A stretch of DNA of 32,000 nucleotides from Staphylothermus hellenicus DSM 12710 (GTDB lineage Archaea; Thermoproteota; Thermoprotei_A; Sulfolobales; Desulfurococcaceae), in the NCBI RefSeq assembly GCF_000092465.1, contig NC_014205.1, positions 180,001 through 212,000 on the forward strand, in the 5' to 3' direction. Numbering within the stretch: the first letter of the stretch is position 1; the number at the start of each line of letters is the position of its first letter. Both the position numbers and the translations under genes were made by a program. Below are positions 26,565 to 32,000 of the stretch, piece by piece. The notes under the pieces are model-generated. The model was not told where the DNA came from and ran no database searches. It saw only the letters and a program-made list of their open reading frames with translations.

Positions 26565-27173
26565 ATGGAACGATTATATACGATGAAGGAAGCATCTAGG
26601 CTGCTGGGTGTTCATGTTAGGACTATTCAGAAGTGGGATAAGAAGGGGAAGATAAGATGTGTAAGGGCTCTTGGCGGGAAGAGAAGAGTACTAGAATCTG
26701 AGATAAAGAGGATTCTCGGAATTCATGGAGAAAGGAAGAATTATCGGATATGCAAGGGTCTCATCACATACACAAAAGGATGATTTAGAGAGACAAATTG
26801 AAGCAATAAGCAAGTATGCCGAGAAGAAGGGGTGGGATGTGAGGATCCTAAAAGATGTTGGATCAGGATTAAATGAAAACAGAAAAAACTTCCAGAAACT
26901 GCTCAAGATGGTAATGAATAGAGAAATCTCTAAGGTCATAGTAGCTTATCCAGATAGGTTGACAAGGTTTGGGTTCAAAACTCTGGAGGGGTTCTTTAAG
27001 AGCTATGGGACTGAAACAGTGGTGATAAATAAGGGGAAAAGTCGCCGAAAGAGGAGCTTGTCGAGGACTTGATCACAATAATCTCGTATTTTGCTGGAAA
27101 ACTGTACGGGATGAGATCTCACAAGTACAGGAAGGTGGTTGAGAATGCAAGGAAGCTCATTAGTGATCCGTGA
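26565..27173 (+). pseudogene. tnpA: IS607-type serine recombinase transposase with two frameshifts
   Basis: The HTH part ([27 protein letters not shown]) is in frame 0. The catalytic core ([26 protein letters not shown]) is in frame +1, starting at about 26707-26730. The C-terminal part ([28 protein letters not shown]) returns to frame 0 after about 27033-27045. Both switches occur at purine homopolymer tracts. Confidence 0.8.
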
Positions 27174-28464
27174 AGATGTGAGGATGTATTCTGTTGATTT
27201 CAGCGATGAAAGGATCAGGGAGCTTATCACATGGTACGTAAAGTCGTTGCAGAGAGCAATAGATGAGATTTGGGAGAACATGGAGTGGAAATATGACTTC
27301 AAGAGAAGATATGCAAAGGTCCGAATACCCGTAATTCCTAGGAATAAAGAATTCAAGAAATATCTGAGAGACAAGCTGATGAAGGATAATCCATACACTA
27401 AACACTGGGTTGATGCTGTGATAAGGACAGCATACAGTATCATGGAGAATTGGAGGAAAAGATACGTCAAAGGAATGGCTAGGAAGAAAAAGCCTACGGT
27501 GAAGAGAAGATTTGCTAGGTGCAAGATAACATTGATGAAGGTTGATTACTCAAGAAAAACCATAAGGATAACGTTGAAGCCGTATGAGTATATTGAGGTA
27601 AGCTATGCTAATCAATGGTTTAGTAAGAGAATAGATGAGTGGAAAGTTGGGGGAGTTGTACTGAAGGATGATAGAGTATTAATACCGTTCAAAAAGGAGA
27701 ATACATACAGAGTTAACCGTGAGATTGCATGGGACTGTAATGAAAAAACTATCGATGGCTTCTCTCCTCAGATGGGTTTTGTCCAGGTTGATCTGAGGAA
27801 GTTAATTACTGCTAGGATAAGGTATCAGGAGAAGAGATCGAGGATCCAGTCATTGATGAAGAGAAAACCTAAAAGTGCTAGGAAACTCTGGGAGAAGTAT
27901 AGCAGAAGAGAGAGGAATGTCTGCAGGGATATTGAGAGGAAGATTGCAATAGAAATTGTAAATGCATTCCCAAACACTCTACACATCTTTGAGAAGTTAA
28001 ATAAGCAGAAAATGATAAGCAAAAGGAAAAACAAAAACAAGAATCTTAGGAAGAGGGTAGCAAGAATAAGCTGGATCAATATAATTAGAGAAGTTGAGAT
28101 GAGAGCTCCTGTTAAAAAGGTTGATCCATATTTTACATCAAAGACCTGCCCCCTATGCGGGTATGTGAATAAAGACCTGAGGGGGCAGGTTTTCGAGTGT
28201 CCGAGATGCGGGTGGAGAATTGATAGGCAGAAGAATGCAAGCATAAACATCTATCTCAAGATGAAGGGTTTTCCTCCCTCCCCAAACACCTTCTACAGAG
28301 TGGTGACAAAAAGAATGATCCACTCTGGGAAGGTGTGGATGAGGAGGGGGAGTGGGGTTACCCAGATCGGGGGCGAGACCAATGAAATGCTCCCCAATGA
28401 AAGGGGAGACGAGGCCGGTGTGCCCCAAAGCCTACATAGGCAAATCAAAGCCTATGTAGGCTGA
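27139..28464 (+). CDS. tnpB: TnpB (OrfB) RNA-guided endonuclease-family protein
   Basis: 441-aa intact ORF with the C-terminal Zn finger [23 protein letters not shown] followed by [10 protein letters not shown] (the RuvC-III region). The start overlaps the tnpA 3' end. The true start may be a downstream Met (MYSVDF). Confidence 0.85.
   Translation: MRMQGSSLVIREDVRMYSVDFSDERIRELITWYVKSLQRAIDEIWENMEWKYDFKRRYAKVRIPVIPRNKEFKKYLRDKLMKDNPYTKHWVDAVIRTAYSIMENWRKRYVKGMARKKKPTVKRRFARCKITLMKVDYSRKTIRITLKPYEYIEVSYANQWFSKRIDEWKVGGVVLKDDRVLIPFKKENTYRVNREIAWDCNEKTIDGFSPQMGFVQVDLRKLITARIRYQEKRSRIQSLMKRKPKSARKLWEKYSRRERNVCRDIERKIAIEIVNAFPNTLHIFEKLNKQKMISKRKNKNKNLRKRVARISWINIIREVEMRAPVKKVDPYFTSKTCPLCGYVNKDLRGQVFECPRCGWRIDRQKNASINIYLKMKGFPPSPNTFYRVVTKRMIHSGKVWMRRGSGVTQIGGETNEMLPNERGDEAGVPQSLHRQIKAYVG
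28270..28464 (+). ncRNA. Candidate TnpB omega-RNA (reRNA) scaffold overlapping the tnpB 3' end
   Basis: There are nested hairpins: CACCTTC 28287-28293 pairs with GAAGGTG 28329-28335, and CAGAGTGG 28296-28303 pairs with CCACTCTG 28320-28327. CTCCCC 28390-28395 pairs with GGGGAG 28403-28408. A perfect 12-bp hairpin runs 28430-28461. The position matches where omega-RNAs are known to be encoded. Confidence 0.4.
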
Positions 28465-28488
28465 ACCCCTGCAAAGGTTAAGAGAATA

Positions 28489-29715
28489 ATGCTGAGAGGG
28501 GTCCTTGTAGCAACCCAGGATATGCCTGTCGAAGCTGTTGCGGAGGTAATGGCTAAACACGATATACCATTGGTGCCGGTGATTGATGATGATGGAAAAG
28601 TTATTGGTGTAATAACTTATGAAGACATTATAAGAGCTTATCTAGAAGGAGCAAAGCCTGGACGCGTACGTGTACCCGTTAAGATACCGTTGCCAATACC
28701 TGTTAGAGCAGAGGAGCGTATACAGTATGTTTCCCGCGAACAAGCATTAACACAGGTACTCGTTGAGAAAGCTGCGCCTGTTGAGAGAGCAGGTATACTG
28801 GCCGATGATATAATGGTTGAGGAACTACCAGCGATCACTATAAACGATACCGTAGAGCATGCACGCAAAGAAATGCTTAGGAGAAAAACAGATTATCTCC
28901 TAGTACTAGATGAGGAAGAAAACATTGTAGGTGTGGTTACCAAGTGGAACATGCTGTACGCTCTAGGTCTTAAAGGGCCCTTGTGGAGGAGGAGAACTAA
29001 GGATAGATACTTCATCGACTATATTATGACAAGGAATGTTCCAAGAGTAAATCCTGACACACCCATAGAAGATGTTGCTCTAGAAATGGTTAACTCGGAA
29101 TCAGAAGTTGTATTCGTAGTTAATGAATCAGGCGAGATAATAGGTTATATAACAAAGGATCAAATAATAGATGCTGCCAGGAAGCTACTAGTAGACTTGC
29201 TAGTAGAAAACGTTATCTTACCAGGTAAAACAGGCAGCGTACACCCATTCCACAGCTTATACCATGTAGTTAACAAGATGAAAGCACTATACCTGGACGC
29301 GTTAACAGTTTATGATGGCTCAAGAGTTTTAGGAGTAGTATCAGCTAATAGATTACTATTTGTAGCATTCGAGGATGCAGTAACAGGTATTAAGAGTAGA
29401 AGGCTTATATGGGTTAGGAAACTGGTTCGCGGAGCAGCTAGGAGAGGCAGATACGTGAAGATAACTCCGCTAGTAGCACTAGATGTTATGGTGCCGTATA
29501 AGAAATACATATCTCCAAACACATTGTTAACGAGAGCAATTGATCTAATGAAAGAAGCTAATCTAAACGGTATACCTGTTCTAAGCGATGATAGACAAGT
29601 AGTAAGCATAATCAGTAAAAACGATATACTTAGAGAACTAGCTCGCAGAGCAAAGAAACTAGTTAAAGTTGAGAAGAAAATTATTGAGAAAAGAGAAGAA
29701 AAAGCTAAAACATAA
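28489..29715 (+). CDS. Multi-CBS-domain protein
   Basis: 408 aa with at least four CBS-like modules (..IPLVPVIDDDGKVIGVITYEDII; ..DYLLVLDEEENIVGVVTKWNML; ..VVFVVNESGEIIGYITKDQII; ..GIPVLSDDRQVVSIISKNDIL). Confidence 0.8.
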   Translation: MLRGVLVATQDMPVEAVAEVMAKHDIPLVPVIDDDGKVIGVITYEDIIRAYLEGAKPGRVRVPVKIPLPIPVRAEERIQYVSREQALTQVLVEKAAPVERAGILADDIMVEELPAITINDTVEHARKEMLRRKTDYLLVLDEEENIVGVVTKWNMLYALGLKGPLWRRRTKDRYFIDYIMTRNVPRVNPDTPIEDVALEMVNSESEVVFVVNESGEIIGYITKDQIIDAARKLLVDLLVENVILPGKTGSVHPFHSLYHVVNKMKALYLDALTVYDGSRVLGVVSANRLLFVAFEDAVTGIKSRRLIWVRKLVRGAARRGRYVKITPLVALDVMVPYKKYISPNTLLTRAIDLMKEANLNGIPVLSDDRQVVSIISKNDILRELARRAKKLVKVEKKIIEKREEKAKT

Positions 29716-29747
29716 ATGTTTTTATCGAGTAACAATTTAAACCGTTT

Positions 29748-29910
29748 GTCCCTACCGTGTCATTCTATATTTATGTATCTGCGGTAGGGACTTCCGCCTC
29801 CCTCCACAACCCCCTCTCTTGGGGGTTGTGGTGTCATGGGCGGCTGTCGAGGCCAACGGCACGGGCCTCCCATCTACAGCAAGCCCCATGGGTCTCGGAG
29901 CATAGCTCCC
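29748..29910. ncRNA. GC-rich structured intergenic island, candidate non-coding RNA of unknown class
   Basis: A perfect 10-bp inverted repeat, 29748-29757 with 29782-29791, flanks an AT-rich loop. An 11-bp hairpin pairs CCACAACCCCC 29804-29814 with GGGGGTTGTGG 29821-29831. GGAGC-ATA-GCTCC lies at 29897-29909. GC content is well above the surrounding intergenic DNA. The strand is undetermined. Confidence 0.3.
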
Positions 29911-30004
29911 ATCAACCCATAGGAACATAGATCAATACAGGAAAATATGATCCGAAAATATTTAAAGCTTTCTGCCCCTAATAACCTAATACATGTATTG
30001 GTAT

Positions 30005-30108
30005 GCGGCGGTCGTCTAGCCTGGACTAGGACGCCGGCCTGCCATACGGGTTCGTGTAGCCGTGTAGAACGCCGGAGATCCCGGGTTCAAATCCCGGCCG
30101 CCGCACCA
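30005..30108 (+). tRNA. tRNA-Gly (anticodon GCC) with a ~25-nt intron at the canonical 37/38 position; CCA encoded
   Basis: GCGGCGG...CCGGC-CT-GCC-A[intron ~30045-30069]C-GCCGG-AGATC-CCGGG TTCAAAT CCCGG-CCGCCGC-A-CCA. The anticodon lies at 30041-30043. Confidence 0.85.
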
Positions 30109-30118
30109 TTTCTCATAT

Positions 30119-30769
30119 CTAATCTTTACTCTTCAATGCTTCATCGATCTTTTTGGAAACCATGTATGCGTTACGAGTATTTATGAGTAGAACCTTTGTA
30201 TCATCAACTAGTCTCCTAGCTACGTCAACCTTGTGTCTCAGCCCAGGGGCTAGGGGGTCTGGATAGTTTAGTTTTCTCAGCCACAAATATATTGTCTCCA
30301 TAACCTCTAAGTATTTCATAGCTTCTCCTATCTCGCCATTGCCTAGAAGAGATAATACGTGTCTCCGAAGCTCTCCAACAACATCTCCTAGACCCTGTAG
30401 ATAGGGAATGTATGGAACACCTATTTCCTTATATGAAGGCATCTCCTTATCCACTATGAGCTTATATGTTATATAAGACTCAGCATACTCGCTTAAACTA
30501 TTATATATTAAACCACTATAATAGAGATCAGGATGATCGGCTAGGAGTTCTCGAAGACCAACAATAAGTTCTCCCGCCCGAGAAATATTTCTCCAAGCCT
30601 CCTCATACTTCCCCAAATGAATAAGCCTAACAGCTTCCGTACTATACCTTAAAATATCACGCGTAATCCTAATAGCTTCCTCACGAACCTCATCCTTCTT
30701 CTTCAAAACATTATCAATAAACAATATATCATTAGCCAAAACCTTCTCAACAACATCCTCCAAAACCAT
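30119..30769 (-). CDS. Translin-family (COG2178-like) nucleic-acid-binding protein
   Basis: PYLQGLGDVVGELRR resembles the remembered translin signature (GLaDv.GELrR). The protein is helical, with heptad-like composition. The track ORF starts at 30805, but MVLEDVV at 30769 is a more plausible start. Confidence 0.55.
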   Translation of the reverse strand: MVLEDVVEKVLANDILFIDNVLKKKDEVREEAIRITRDILRYSTEAVRLIHLGKYEEAWRNISRAGELIVGLRELLADHPDLYYSGLIYNSLSEYAESYITYKLIVDKEMPSYKEIGVPYIPYLQGLGDVVGELRRHVLSLLGNGEIGEAMKYLEVMETIYLWLRKLNYPDPLAPGLRHKVDVARRLVDDTKVLLINTRNAYMVSKKIDEALKSKD

Positions 30770-30845
30770 GAATACACACCCATATAAAACAAAAATATAA
30801 ATCATAAAAATAAAAACCCCCTATAAGACAAATAATAATATAGGT

Positions 30846-31014
30846 CCCGCGGTAGCTCAGCGGCAGAGCGCCCGGCTGTAGTGGGGAAAATCTGAGCCCC
30901 CCACCCGCCAGACACCCCCGGAAACCTGGGGAGATAGAATGATGGCGGGGCGGCAAAATAGAGGGCTCAGCAGATACCGGGTGGTCGGGGGTTCAAGTCC
31001 CCCCCGCGGGACCA
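30846..31014 (+). tRNA. tRNA-Tyr (anticodon GUA) with a ~94-nt intron at 37/38; CCA encoded
   Basis: CCCGCGG-TA-GCTC AGCGGCA GAGC-G-CCCGG-CT-GTA-G[intron ~30882-30975]A-CCGGG-TGGTC-GGGGG TTCAAGT CCCCC-CCGCGGG-A-CCA. The C1-G72 pair is the archaeal/eukaryal tRNA-Tyr identity feature. Confidence 0.85.
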
Positions 31015-31090
31015 TTTTTAACTCATAATGGTCTTAAGCAGGTGTATGAGTATCTTCTACTGTATATACAGATAGTATTATGATCGGATC

Positions 31091-31285
31091 TTATTTTCTT
31101 TCAAGCATTTTTATAATACCTAAAGCAACTCTTCTACTCTTCGTTCTCACAATTATTTCATCACCCATTTCGATCAATTCTATTTGTCCCCGATACCTTT
31201 TCACAATAATGTTGGCTAGGCTCTGTGGAGCTTTAACTATATAGTATCCATCAGGGTCTTTTGAGCCTAGAAGATTTTTCGTCAT
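31091..31285 (-). CDS. Small hypothetical protein (64 aa)
   Basis: This is the only ORF in this interval. Its basic composition resembles a small nucleic-acid binder. No family recognised. Confidence 0.4.
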   Translation of the reverse strand: MTKNLLGSKDPDGYYIVKAPQSLANIIVKRYRGQIELIEMGDEIIVRTKSRRVALGIIKMLERK

Positions 31286-31363
31286 CTCTGCTCACAATAT
31301 ATTTAGAATTAGTTGATTAGCTATTATATAATTATTATATTAATATTAGCTTGATTTGTTGAT

Positions 31364-31978
31364 TTAGGATATGTTTCCAAGACTTTTCAGATACTTAGCT
31401 AGTTTTGCGTCTGCTTCTTCCAAGTATTTATCGAAGTAAGTATGAAAGATCATTAGTAGGTTTTCCAGTAGGCTTATATAGTCTTTTTTCTCGGCGTTTT
31501 TCTTTATTTCACTAATTATTTTTAGAAAGTCTTTATGCCACGTAATATGTATTTTATAGTCTTCTTTGTAGTGTTTATTATATTTTGTCTGCAGCATGAG
31601 GTCTTCTTCGGTTTTGAAGTGTTTCTTCTCCGTATGTTCATAGAGTTTCTCGGCGAGATTCTTCAAGTTTTTGAGGTCTCCTCTAATAATTGCTAGTATT
31701 AAATTATCCATTAACCCGAACATTTCTATATGGAGTTGATCCATTATTTTTATTCCGCACAAGTATTTATTGATAAATCTATATGTTGGCTGTTTTACTC
31801 TGTATACTGTTATTATGCATGGATTATTAAGTGATCTCAACATGTTTTTAACATCTTCCTTTTCATTAATCTCCAGTTTTCCCGGCCCTATATTGGTGAT
31901 TACACCATTATAGACGAGTAATTCTAGAAAAATAGAATCTCTAATGCTATATAGAAATATACCATTACCTCTTTTCAT
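31364..31978 (-). CDS. Hypothetical protein with a hemerythrin-like (HHE cation-binding) C-terminal domain
   Basis: 204 aa. The spaced His/Glu pattern HIEMF ... HTEKKHFKTEEDLM ... HITWHKDF ... HTYFDKYLEEAD resembles hemerythrin-like four-helix metal sites. Confidence 0.45.
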   Translation of the reverse strand: MKRGNGIFLYSIRDSIFLELLVYNGVITNIGPGKLEINEKEDVKNMLRSLNNPCIITVYRVKQPTYRFINKYLCGIKIMDQLHIEMFGLMDNLILAIIRGDLKNLKNLAEKLYEHTEKKHFKTEEDLMLQTKYNKHYKEDYKIHITWHKDFLKIISEIKKNAEKKDYISLLENLLMIFHTYFDKYLEEADAKLAKYLKSLGNIS

Positions 31979-32000
31979 AATATCATTATATAGGTCTTCG

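Larger units (their letters stand above)
26475..28464 (+). mobile_element. IS607-family-type insertion sequence (tnpA serine recombinase + tnpB). Boundaries are approximate.
   Basis: It has a MerR-HTH/serine-recombinase tnpA followed by an overlapping tnpB. GC content is higher than the flanks. A 10-nt direct repeat ATAGGCAAAT lies near both ends (26535-26544 and 28436-28445). A terminal 12-bp hairpin lies at 28430-28461. The exact ends are not determinable from this single copy. Confidence 0.75.

Noticed and set aside
26707-27045. Programmed ribosomal frameshifting as the explanation for the split tnpA
   Set aside because: Two opposite shifts would be required, and I know of no such mechanism for IS607-type serine transposases. 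Pseudogenisation or homopolymer sequencing error is the simpler explanation. It remains listed as something to check.
27003-28428. Minus-strand ORFs 27003-27524, 27160-27405, 27825-28250 and 28153-28428
   Set aside because: They are antisense to the motif-bearing tnpA and tnpB frames. The products are hydrophobic, low-complexity sequences.
29748-29910. Assigning the GC-rich island to RNase P RNA, SRP RNA or an H/ACA guide
   Set aside because: It is too short for SRP or a standard RNase P RNA and lacks the conserved GGAAAGUCC-type element. The candidate H/ACA fold has only a one-sided bulge, no proper pocket or K-turn, and a poorly placed ACA.
29947-30186. 79-aa plus-strand ORF
   Set aside because: It spans the intron-containing tRNA-Gly gene, so the open frame is a by-product of the GC-rich tRNA sequence.
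30747-30956. 69-aa minus-strand ORF (Gly/Pro/Arg-rich)
   Set aside because: It lies antisense to tRNA-Tyr exon 1 and its GC-rich intron and is not a plausible protein. The first 12 codons of the 30119-30805 ORF (MIYIFVLYGCVF) were also trimmed, for a similar reason.

Overview
AT-rich archaeal chromosome segment. Gene content and style suggest a crenarchaeon of the Desulfurococcales type, but that assignment is inference. All coordinates were counted by hand and may be off by a few nt. (i) 1-9.3 kb is an accessory, defence-type island. It holds the 5' part of a DUF1156/COG1743 Zn-ribbon DNA methyltransferase (its ORF is open to the window edge and so is missing from the ORF track). It also holds a second methyltransferase inactivated by two in-frame stops and three uncharacterised small genes. 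A translationally coupled Cas4-family nuclease + SF1B helicase pair is my best candidate for an undescribed nuclease-helicase immunity module. A Panacea/DUF4065 antitoxin-like gene with candidate toxin partners closes the island. (ii) 9.8-14.35 kb carries three copies of one ~150-175 bp CRISPR leader, attached to a lone degenerate repeat, a 2-repeat mini-array and a 5-repeat array (repeat GTAACAACACAGAAAGAATTGAARG). No cas1/cas2/cas6/effector genes are recognisable in the window. The two arrays converge on an orphan methyltransferase and a beta-propeller/FN3 surface protein. (iii) 14.4-25.6 kb is core metabolism: an ABC_ATPase-family protein, a tightly overlapping eight-gene pyrimidine operon (pyrG-F-E-B-I-K-C-D), a purine PRTase and a polytopic membrane protein. 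(iv) 25.6-32 kb contains tRNA-Glu and two CBS-domain genes separated by an IS607-type element. That element has a tnpA with two compensating frameshifts, an intact tnpB and a hairpin-rich omega-RNA-like 3' region. The rest of this part is a GC-rich structured intergenic island, an intron-containing tRNA-Gly, a translin-like gene, a tRNA-Tyr with a ~94-nt intron, a small ORF and a hemerythrin-like gene.
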